Source of the DNA: a virus
DNA: 46,325 nt
IMG/VR virus record: IMGVR_UViG_3300045988_046749
Direction: 5' to 3' (one strand)
The notes below the pieces were generated by a model. That model worked only from the letters and a program-made list of their open reading frames with translations, did not search any database and was not told the DNA's origin. Below are positions 35,726-43,406 of the stretch, one piece after another. Position numbers and translations under genes: made by a program. Every line of letters starts with the position of its first letter. Position 1 is the first letter of the stretch.

Positions 35726-37171
35726 ATGGGACTTATAACAACACTAAAAAGGTGGTTTAACATGATTTTTAAAAAACAAGCCGAAGAGGATTTTAATATC
35801 CAGGCAGCGGAATTTCCAGAAATGGAATCGCTGATTAACCGGTGTGCGAACATATACAGGGGCGTACCAGAGTGGCTAGATGATAAGAATAATATCAAGA
35901 CAATTAATTTCGCGAAATCTGTCTGCTCAGAGACAGCACGGCTCGCAACGCTGGCGATCGGTATTCAGATAGACAGTTCTGCAAGGGCAACATGGCTTCA
36001 GGAGCAAATCGATAAGGTATATTTCCAAATTCGGCACTGGGTGGAATATAGCTGCGCTTATGGAACAGTTTTTATTAAACCAAACGGTGAGAGCCTTGAC
36101 GTATTCACTCCGGCAGACGTGATGATCGTAGATTACGACAATCAGGAAATAAAGGGGATTATATTCAAGGATTCTTATACTGTTGGACGGAAATACTACA
36201 CAAGGCTTGAATATCATAGATTTGTTAAAACCACCGTGGATGGCGTGACAACCTATCCGTACTACGTTTCCAACAGGGCTTATGTATCAAAATCCCCTCA
36301 GTCAATCGGCGACAGAATCGACCTTAAACAGACCAAATGGGCCGACCTCATGGCAGATACGCCACCGATTCTAAAAGCGAATGGCGAGAAGCTGGACGGG
36401 CCGCTATATGGAGTACTGCGTACACCACAGGCGAACAATGTAGATATTAGTGCACCACTTGGACTTCCAATTTTTGCTGAGGCTATCGAAGAACTGAAAG
36501 ACCTCGACATTGCATACAGCCGTAATGCCGGAGAGATTTTTGATTCTCAGAAGATTGTTCTGGCAGATGATAGACTACTGATGCCAAGCGGTACACCTGT
36601 ATCAGCCATGTCACCACAGGGCATGGAGAACAGACGGAATGAAATGAACTTACCGCACTTTGTCAAGAATGTGTTCGGGCAGGACGAGAAAGAGTTTTAC
36701 CAAGAAATCAATCCGCAACTCAACACTGATACCCGTATAAGTGGCATAAACGCCCTTTTAAGCCAGTTGGGATACAAGATTGGATTCTCCAATGGCTACT
36801 TTGTTTTTAATGAATCTAGTGGCATTCAGACGGCTACGGGAGTGGAAGCGGAACAGCAGAGGACAGTGCAGTTTATCAAAGACGTTCGAGACAAACTGGA
36901 ATCCTGCCTGGATGAAGTAATCTACGCACTGAACGTTTACGCTGACTTGTACGGAATTGCGCCTGTTGGAGCTTATGAAGTCAATTATGATTTCGGTGAT
37001 ATCCTGTATGTGCGTGAAAACGACCGTGCACGATGGTGGCAGTATGTGACCACTGGCAAAGTTCCGGCATGGCTGTATTTCGTGAAATTTGAGGGAATGA
37101 CGAAAGACGAGGCGGTGGCAATGGTCAAAGAAGCTCAGCCAGACGAACCAACATTATTTGGAGATGAGTAG
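35726..37171 (+). CDS. Portal protein
   Basis: 481 aa, immediately after terminase; NFAKSVCSETARLATLAIGI..., ...LPIFAEAIEELKDLDIAYSRNAGEI. Confidence 0.9.
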   Translation: MGLITTLKRWFNMIFKKQAEEDFNIQAAEFPEMESLINRCANIYRGVPEWLDDKNNIKTINFAKSVCSETARLATLAIGIQIDSSARATWLQEQIDKVYFQIRHWVEYSCAYGTVFIKPNGESLDVFTPADVMIVDYDNQEIKGIIFKDSYTVGRKYYTRLEYHRFVKTTVDGVTTYPYYVSNRAYVSKSPQSIGDRIDLKQTKWADLMADTPPILKANGEKLDGPLYGVLRTPQANNVDISAPLGLPIFAEAIEELKDLDIAYSRNAGEIFDSQKIVLADDRLLMPSGTPVSAMSPQGMENRRNEMNLPHFVKNVFGQDEKEFYQEINPQLNTDTRISGINALLSQLGYKIGFSNGYFVFNESSGIQTATGVEAEQQRTVQFIKDVRDKLESCLDEVIYALNVYADLYGIAPVGAYEVNYDFGDILYVRENDRARWWQYVTTGKVPAWLYFVKFEGMTKDEAVAMVKEAQPDEPTLFGDE

Positions 37172-37173
37172 TT

Positions 37174-38403
37174 ATGCTAAGCCCAGAATATTTACGACAG
37201 ATAACAGAGGGCAGTGAACAAATTGCAGAAGAATTGCACCAGTATATCATCTCTGAGATCGTGTCAAGGATGATGGCAAGAATCGGCAGAGGTGAGGACT
37301 ATATCCTGACCAATGCCGATGCGTGGAGAATCAGAACGTTACAGGAATCCGGTGAATTGCTAGAGGACATTCTAGCGGAACTATCCAAATACACCAAACG
37401 TGAACAGCAGGAACTTCTTGAAGCGTTTGAAGATGCCGGAATCACTGCGATGAACTACGATGATAAGATATACAAGGCGGCAGGATTAAGTCCTGTGCCG
37501 CTCGAACAGTCGCCGGCCATGATAAGGCTCATGGAGCGGAATATGCTTGCAACCATGGGCGAGTGGAAGAACTTCACAAGAACCGCCGCAAGCGCTGCTC
37601 AAAGACTCTATATCGAGCAGTGCGACCTTGCATATAATCATGTGATGACTGGGTCAGTTGGGTATATGCAAGCCATTAAAGAGGCAGTTAATAACATTAT
37701 ATCAGATGGTGTCACCGTCACATATCCATCCGGCAGAAAAGACACGATCGAAACAGCAGTTGCACGTTCTGTCAGAACTGGTGTGGCACAGGCTACGGGG
37801 GATATATCCCTAAAACGTATGGAAGAAATGGACTGGGATTTAGTTCTGGTCAGTGCGCACATGGGAGCCAGAACAGGTGATGGCGGTGAGAATCCGGGAA
37901 ATCACTCATGGTGGCAAGGTAAGATATACTCTCGTTCTGGCAAGAGTAAGAAATTTCCGCCATTCTCATTGACCGGATATGGGACAGCAAGTGGACTATC
38001 AGGAGTCAACTGTCGGCATAGTTTTGGAGCCAGTGACGGGGAATTTAATCCCTACGCAGAATTATCGACAAAGGATAAAGCCGACAAAGGCAAACAGTAT
38101 GAAAAAGAACAACGGCAACGTACTTACGAGCGAAGAATCCGCAAGACGAAGCGTGAAGTTCTCGGACTGCAAGCAGGAGTTGACAATGCACCGAACGAAA
38201 AGGCGAAATTCGCATTGCAACAAGACCTTGACCGGAAGTCTTATCTTTTACAGAAACAAAATGCTGCATATAAGGATTACTGTAAGCAGAACGACCTGAG
38301 GGAGCTGCAAGACCGGCTCATGATAGCGAAGTGGAACCGTCAGAACGCCGCAAAAGCCAGAGGAGCGGCGAAACGGTATAAAACAGCAAAGGGGATTGAC
38401 TGA
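37174..38403 (+). CDS. Minor capsid/head morphogenesis protein (Phage_min_cap2-like)
   Basis: 409 aa; LVLVSAHMGARTGDGGENPGNHSWWQGKIYSRS...GYGTASGLSGVNCRHSF. Confidence 0.85.
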   Translation: MLSPEYLRQITEGSEQIAEELHQYIISEIVSRMMARIGRGEDYILTNADAWRIRTLQESGELLEDILAELSKYTKREQQELLEAFEDAGITAMNYDDKIYKAAGLSPVPLEQSPAMIRLMERNMLATMGEWKNFTRTAASAAQRLYIEQCDLAYNHVMTGSVGYMQAIKEAVNNIISDGVTVTYPSGRKDTIETAVARSVRTGVAQATGDISLKRMEEMDWDLVLVSAHMGARTGDGGENPGNHSWWQGKIYSRSGKSKKFPPFSLTGYGTASGLSGVNCRHSFGASDGEFNPYAELSTKDKADKGKQYEKEQRQRTYERRIRKTKREVLGLQAGVDNAPNEKAKFALQQDLDRKSYLLQKQNAAYKDYCKQNDLRELQDRLMIAKWNRQNAAKARGAAKRYKTAKGID

Positions 38404-38789
38404 TGAACAGATGGGAATATTACAATCCGAACCCTGCCGGGAATCGAGTCGGAGATTGCGTTGTCCGGGCAATATGCAAAGCAACCGGCTTTGATTGGGA
38501 AACGGTATTCGCCGGATTAATGGTACAGGCGTGTGCTCTGTCAGATATGCCAAGCGCCAATTATGTATGGGGATCATATTTAGCGAAGCATGGATTCCAC
38601 AGAAAGCTTGTGGAGCAGTCAGAGAGGTATATTTATACAGTAAATGACTTCTGCACAGATCATCCGACTGGTACATACATCCTCTGCATAGATGGACATG
38701 TGGTAGCAGTACAGAACGGCAAATATTATGATACATGGGATAGTGGTAATGAGATCCCGGTATATTACTTGGAAAAGGAGAATAAATGA
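38403..38789 (+). CDS. Putative papain/C39-like cysteine peptidase
   Basis: NRVGDCVVRAICKATGFDW (Cys), CIDGHVVAVQNGKYYDTWDSGN (His/Asp). Confidence 0.55.
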   Translation: MNRWEYYNPNPAGNRVGDCVVRAICKATGFDWETVFAGLMVQACALSDMPSANYVWGSYLAKHGFHRKLVEQSERYIYTVNDFCTDHPTGTYILCIDGHVVAVQNGKYYDTWDSGNEIPVYYLEKENK

Positions 38790-39091
38790 GCATATCAGAA
38801 TTTGTACAGATTTTCCTCTCTATCTGCGGAGGAGTGTCTATTGTCGGGGGAGCGGCAGCCGTAATTTTTAAGTGGATTGCCCCGGCGTTTCGGCTCAATA
38901 AGCGAGTAGAGACACTGGAAGAACATGATAGGCGAGATTATGAAAGCCTTCGGAGAATCGCAGAGCGTGATTCATTAATTCTGGAAGTATTATCAACCAT
39001 GTTGGACAGTCAGATCAACGGCGACAATGCAGAGGAATTAAAAAAAACAAAACAGAAGCTTACAAATTATCTTGCACAGAATCAGCGTTAA
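38786..39091 (+). CDS. Membrane-anchored coiled-coil protein
   Basis: N-terminal TM, then heptad-like VETLEEHDRRDYESLRRIAERD. Confidence 0.55.
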   Translation: MSISEFVQIFLSICGGVSIVGGAAAVIFKWIAPAFRLNKRVETLEEHDRRDYESLRRIAERDSLILEVLSTMLDSQINGDNAEELKKTKQKLTNYLAQNQR

Positions 39092-39114
39092 TTGCATTAA
39101 TAAGAGGTATGCTC

Positions 39115-39315
39115 ATGAAATTATATGTGTTCACAAAGAAAGATATAGACAGGTTCTTGATAGAGTGTAATTTCACGCCGGACGAAGAAAGACTGTTCCG
39201 GTTGAGATGTAAGGAATACACTCTTGAATACTGCGCTGAACAAATGAATGTGAGTATATCTACAGCGAAACGATTAAGCCGCCGAGTAAATAATAAAATA
39301 ATCAAAGTGTGTTGA
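39115..39315 (+). CDS. Small HTH (sigma region 4-like) protein
   Basis: FTPDEERLFRLRCKEYTLEYCAEQMNVSISTAKRLSRRVNNKI. Confidence 0.6.
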   Translation: MKLYVFTKKDIDRFLIECNFTPDEERLFRLRCKEYTLEYCAEQMNVSISTAKRLSRRVNNKIIKVC

Positions 39316-39338
39316 TACTTTTTAGACACTAATTAGAG

Positions 39339-39369
39339 CCAGAAACGACCTGTTTCCGGTTCTTTTTTT
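39339..39369 (+). terminator. Intrinsic terminator inside the late region
   Basis: CCAGAAAC-GACCT-GTTTCCGG (one mismatch) then TTCTTTTTTT. Confidence 0.6.
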
Positions 39370-39403
39370 GTGCAAAAATATAATCAGAAAGGCGGTGTAT
39401 AAG

Positions 39404-39871
39404 ATGGCATTATATAACAATCCTTATCAATATAGTTTCGGCGTTCCAGGACAGATGAACCAGTTCCAGCAGCCTGTCCAGATGCCGGCCCAGCCAGTAC
39501 AACAACCTCAGCAGAATAGCAATGGTATCCTGTGGGTATCTGGCGAAGTTGGCGCAAAATCCTATCTGGTAGCGCCCGGGACAAGTGTTTTGCTGATGGA
39601 TTCAGAATCAGAGAAATTTTACATAAAATCCACAGATGTTTCCGGTATGCCACAGCCATTACGGACGTTTGAGTATCATGAAGTAGGCGCTCAGATGCCG
39701 CCTAAACAGCCTGTCCAAAACATGGACAATAAATACGTCACCAGACAGGAATACGACGATTTAAAAGCCAAATGCGAAGCTATAGCAAGTCGTTTAAATT
39801 CTTTTTCTGAACCTGTTAGGGCTAATACCACACAGGAATCAGCAGTCAAGGGAGGAAACGCAGATGAGTAA
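39404..39871 (+). CDS. Pro/Gln-rich structural-like protein
   Basis: 155 aa MALYNNPYQYSFGVPGQMNQFQQPVQMPAQPVQQPQQNSN... Confidence 0.6.
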   Translation: MALYNNPYQYSFGVPGQMNQFQQPVQMPAQPVQQPQQNSNGILWVSGEVGAKSYLVAPGTSVLLMDSESEKFYIKSTDVSGMPQPLRTFEYHEVGAQMPPKQPVQNMDNKYVTRQEYDDLKAKCEAIASRLNSFSEPVRANTTQESAVKGGNADE

Positions 39872-40085
39872 TCCATTATTCAATGTCCTCGGCGGTGGAA
39901 TACCGCAGGGAAACGGACCAATGCAGATGATACAGCAGTTTATGCAGTTTAAGCAGAATTTTAAGGGAGACCCGAAGGAAGAAGTTCAGAAGATGTTACA
40001 GTCTGGAAAGATTTCTCAGCAACAGCTTAATCAGGTTCAGCAGATGGCAGGACAGTTTCAGCACATACTAAAAGGAATGAAATAG
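39864..40085 (+). CDS. Met/Gln-rich small protein
   Basis: 73 aa ...QMIQQFMQFKQNFKGDPKEEVQKMLQSGKISQQQLNQVQQMAGQFQHIL. Confidence 0.6.
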   Translation: MSNPLFNVLGGGIPQGNGPMQMIQQFMQFKQNFKGDPKEEVQKMLQSGKISQQQLNQVQQMAGQFQHILKGMK

Positions 40086-40138
40086 TACATTACAATCTGG
40101 CCAGATTGATGTAAATACACAATAAAGGAGATTATATT

Positions 40139-40918
40139 ATGGATGGAAATTATAGCTTATCAGACATTGCAGCTGCTACTGGAAATGGCAGAAATAATGA
40201 CGGCATGTTTGGTGGAGATGGTAGCTGGTGGATTATTGTTTTATTCATTTTTGCTTTCTTCGGATGGGGAAACAACGGATGGGGCAATAACGGCAACGGC
40301 GGCGGATATACAGCCACAGCAGCTACTCAGGCAGACATTCAGAGAGGATTCGATAACTCCGCAGTAATCAGCAAGCTTGACGGAATCAATAGCGGCCTGT
40401 GTGATGGATTCTACGCCATGAACAACGGTATGCTTACCGGATTCAATGGAATCAACACAAATATTATGCAGACTGGTTTCGGCATTCAGCAGGCTATTAA
40501 TGCCGACACTGTAGCGAATATGCAGAATACAAATGCTTTACAGGCACAGCTTGCAAACTGTTGCTGTGAAACCAGAGAAGCTATCCAGGGCGTGAACTAC
40601 AACATGGCACAGAACACCTGTGCATTGCAGAACACCATGAACAGCAACACAAGAGACATTATTGACAGTCAGAATGCAGGAACAAGAGCAATTCTTGATT
40701 ATCTTTGCAACGAAAAGATTTCTAACTTGCAGGCTGAGAACAATGATCTCAGACGTGCCGCTTCTCAGGATCGCCAGAGCGCATTGCTCACAACTGCAAT
40801 GGCTTCACAGACACAGCAGCTCATTAATGCGATTAATCCGGCACCGATTCCGGCTTACCAGGTACCGAACCCGAACACATATTACGGATGCGGATGTAAC
40901 ACCGGATGTAATTGCTGA
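40139..40918 (+). CDS. Gly/Asn-rich membrane protein with Cys-rich C-terminus
   Basis: TM SWWIIVLFIFAFFGWG; GNNGWGNNGNGGGY; ANCCCETRE; C-term YYGCGCNTGCNC. Confidence 0.6.
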   Translation: MDGNYSLSDIAAATGNGRNNDGMFGGDGSWWIIVLFIFAFFGWGNNGWGNNGNGGGYTATAATQADIQRGFDNSAVISKLDGINSGLCDGFYAMNNGMLTGFNGINTNIMQTGFGIQQAINADTVANMQNTNALQAQLANCCCETREAIQGVNYNMAQNTCALQNTMNSNTRDIIDSQNAGTRAILDYLCNEKISNLQAENNDLRRAASQDRQSALLTTAMASQTQQLINAINPAPIPAYQVPNPNTYYGCGCNTGCNC

Positions 40919-41029
40919 TAACTTCATATCGAGAGTATCTTTCGATTGATTCGAATGTCGGCTTATGCCGTATTACACAGAGGGGCAGGCTGAGACCTGT
41001 CCTTTTGTGATATGAAAGGAGTAAAAATT

Positions 41030-41452
41030 ATGGCAGAATTTACAAGTGTAGCTGCTCAGACTGTAGCAGCAAATGGAAACGTAGTATTTTCAAACACAGC
41101 AGTTAAGGGCTCTAATTGCATTCAGCACAGAGAGGGAAGTGGAATTATTACACTGAGAGGACTTACTAACCAGTGCAAAGCGAGATTCTTTGTGGATTTT
41201 TCTGGCAATATCGCAATTCCAACAGGCGGTACTGTCGGAGCTATTTCTCTGGCTATTGCAATTTCTGGTGAGCCGGTTCTTTCTTCTCAGATGATCTCCA
41301 CACCGGCAGCAGTGGACCAGTACAATAATGTGTCCTCTGGTATCTACATTGATGTTCCTCGCGGCTGTTGCGTTAATATCGCAGTAGAAAATACGAGCGA
41401 TCAGGCGATTTCCGTTGCGAACGCAAACATTGTTGTGACTAGAGAAGCGTAG
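41030..41452 (+). CDS. Small beta-rich protein, possible decoration/fibre domain
   Basis: 140 aa MAEFTSVAAQTVAANGNVVFSNTAVKGSNCIQHREGSGIITLRG. Confidence 0.5.
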   Translation: MAEFTSVAAQTVAANGNVVFSNTAVKGSNCIQHREGSGIITLRGLTNQCKARFFVDFSGNIAIPTGGTVGAISLAIAISGEPVLSSQMISTPAAVDQYNNVSSGIYIDVPRGCCVNIAVENTSDQAISVANANIVVTREA

Positions 41453-41463
41453 GAGGTGCAGTT

Positions 41464-42027
41464 ATGAGAGACATTAAAGACTTATGCGCAAGAATTGAAG
41501 ACGAGCTGTCCAAAATCGCTGACAGTGGGTTGACTACTGGAAATCTGGAAATGACATACAAACTGATTGATATGTACAAAGATATAAAGAACACACAGTA
41601 CTGGGACAAAAAGGTGGAGTATTACAATACTGTCCTTGATGAGATGCGCAGTGGGTATAACGACAATTACAGCGAACGAGGTCGCAAACATGACAGTATG
41701 GGGAGATACAGCCGCAGTGATGGAAGAATGATGTACCCAGACTATGATCGTGGCAACTCTTACGGCGATGAAAGTCGCGACTACGGAACCGGAAGAGGGT
41801 ACTATAGTCGCTCCGATGGACGAGATGCTTATAGCGACTATATGACACAAAAACAAAGTTATCGATCTGGAAAGTCAGAGGAATGCAAGAGGAAAATGCT
41901 TTCCGCACTAGAAAAACACCTAAACGAACTCGCAACAGAATTGAGCGACATGTCCAAAGACGCAGAGTGCCGGGAAGAGCGTGATCTTGTTAAGAGATAC
42001 GTCGAGAAATTAAGAGATATACTTTGA
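41464..42027 (+). CDS. Hypothetical protein with Arg/Ser/Tyr/Gly-rich linker
   Basis: 187 aa; SDNYSERGRKHDSMGRYSRSDGRMMYPDYDRGNSYGDESRDYGTGRGYYSRSDGRD flanked by helical domains. Confidence 0.6.
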   Translation: MRDIKDLCARIEDELSKIADSGLTTGNLEMTYKLIDMYKDIKNTQYWDKKVEYYNTVLDEMRSGYNDNYSERGRKHDSMGRYSRSDGRMMYPDYDRGNSYGDESRDYGTGRGYYSRSDGRDAYSDYMTQKQSYRSGKSEECKRKMLSALEKHLNELATELSDMSKDAECREERDLVKRYVEKLRDIL

Positions 42028-42034
42028 TTCTTGC

Positions 42035-42073
42035 AAATGTGGGGACAACTTTTTTAAAAGAATGTGATACTAT
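42035..42073 (+). promoter_or_regulatory. Candidate late promoter 3 (AAATGTGGGG-N23-TACTAT)
   Basis: Upstream of scaffold/capsid genes. Confidence 0.65.
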
Positions 42074-42076
42074 AAT

Positions 42077-42103
42077 CTTGCAAGGCATGGTGAACCTTGT
42101 AAG
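42077..42103. repeat. 9-bp hairpin CTTGCAAGG-N9-CCTTGTAAG near predicted transcript 5' end
   Basis: One G-T wobble, loop CATGGTGAA. Confidence 0.6.
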
Positions 42104-42356
42104 ACTTGCTGATTAGAAGTTTTTGCTTTCTTTTTCATTTCATGTCCTCCTTTCTTTTGTGAATATGTCCTTAATAGAAACAGATTTGAGCGGAATCTGG
42201 AGGTTGAAAAGCGGGTGCAATTTCCGACATATTCATTAGCCAGTGTGATTGACTGGTGGAACACCTCATCATGAATGAAACAACATCTCCGTGAAAGTCG
42301 GATAGTGGTAGGCATAACACGATAAATACCTTGCTAACCCGGGAATCCGGGTTATG

Positions 42357-42425
42357 TGGAATGTACGCTAGTGGAAAACTGACAGAGTCGCTCTCTGGTC
42401 TCCGGTTCGATTCCGGGCGTTCCGC
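42357..42425 (+). other. tRNA-like element 1 (degenerate)
   Basis: 7-bp acceptor TGGAATG/CGTTCCG, U8-A9, T-arm TCCGG-TTCGATT-CCGGG; shortened, non-canonical D/anticodon arms. Confidence 0.35.
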
Positions 42426-42544
42426 TTTGATTCGGTTAAAATTATGCTGTTTGCTTGCAAGCGGTCTATGATTTGGCTGAATTTATCTCATGAGAAAAGG
42501 TTATTGCTCATCCTGTTGTCTGGTGTCCGGATCAAAAAGCATAA

Positions 42545-42618
42545 TGGAATGTAGCTCAGTTGGAAGAGCGGAGGGCGCATAGTCCTTGACGTCGGTGGTT
42601 CGAGTCCACCCTTTCCGA
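42545..42618 (+). tRNA. tRNA-like element 2, CAT anticodon position but G at 33
   Basis: D-arm GCTC-AGTTGGAA-GAGC, anticodon arm GAGGG-CGCATAG-TCCTT, T-arm GGTGG-TTCGAGT-CCACC, acceptor TGGAATG/CTTTCCG with one T-T mismatch, discriminator A. Confidence 0.5.
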
Positions 42619-42695
42619 TTACCCTGCCAGTGGTCTAACTGGCTTAATCCAATACCTGCGGCGGCAGGTCAATAAACACGACCAGGAGGATATAT

Positions 42696-43328
42696 ATGCA
42701 GAAACTTATTGACACATTAAAATCATTTGGAATCGAAATCCCGGAGGACAAACAGGCAGATGTTAAGAAGGCACTCTCTGAGCATTACAAAAATGCAAAG
42801 GAAGTAGCAAAAACTCTGTCGAAAGTCGAGGGTGAACGTGATAGCTGGAAAGTACGTGCTGAGACAGCAGAAGAAACTTTGAAAGGCTTTGACGGTATCG
42901 ACCCGGCAAACATTCAGACAGAGCTTGCTGGATGGAAGAAAAAAGCCGAGGATGCAGAGAAAGAATTTAATGCAAAAATCTACGACCGTGATTTCTCAGA
43001 TGCTCTGAAAGCAGCGCTCGATGATGTTAAATTTTCCAGTGAAGCGGCTAAGAGGTCTGTTATGGCAGACATTAAAGAAGCAGGTCTTAAGCTGAAAGAC
43101 GGTAAAATCCTTGGGCTGAACGATCTGATCGAGCAGATGAAACAGTCTGACGCATCCGCTTTCGTGGATGAATCTCAGCAGCAGGCTCAGCAGAATCAGG
43201 CAAGATTTACTACTCACGTTGGACAGCAGCAGACACCGGGAAGCATGACGAAGAAAGATATTGAAGCAATCAAAGACCCGTCCGAGAGACAGGCTGCAAT
43301 TGCTCAGAATATCCAGTTATTCCAGTGA
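42696..43328 (+). CDS. Scaffolding protein (GPO/phage minor structural-like)
   Basis: 210 aa coiled coil ...DSWKVRAETAEETLKGFDGIDPANIQTELAGWKKKAEDAEKEFNAKIYDRDFSDALKAAL. Confidence 0.8.
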   Translation: MQKLIDTLKSFGIEIPEDKQADVKKALSEHYKNAKEVAKTLSKVEGERDSWKVRAETAEETLKGFDGIDPANIQTELAGWKKKAEDAEKEFNAKIYDRDFSDALKAALDDVKFSSEAAKRSVMADIKEAGLKLKDGKILGLNDLIEQMKQSDASAFVDESQQQAQQNQARFTTHVGQQQTPGSMTKKDIEAIKDPSERQAAIAQNIQLFQ

Positions 43329-43339
43329 TTTTTTTACAC

Positions 43340-43363
43340 CGACTATACGCCAGAGTATAGTCG
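43340..43363. repeat. Perfect 9-bp hairpin CGACTATAC-GCCAGA-GTATAGTCG between scaffold and capsid genes
   Basis: Perfect inverted repeat. Confidence 0.85.
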
Positions 43364-43406
43364 CTAACCCAATACCTTAATAATTATGGGTAGAAAGGAT
43401 TTTTTT

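Noticed and set aside
39379-39384. TATAAT upstream of the 39404 gene as a promoter
   Set aside because: No acceptable -35 at 16-18 nt and no AAATGTGGGG late box; A+T-rich context makes a chance match likely.
42070-42315. Full-length 81-aa minus ORF in the scaffold leader region
   Set aside because: Upstream ~60 codons have no start signals and overlap structured RNA; only the last 22 codons have an SD, reported separately.
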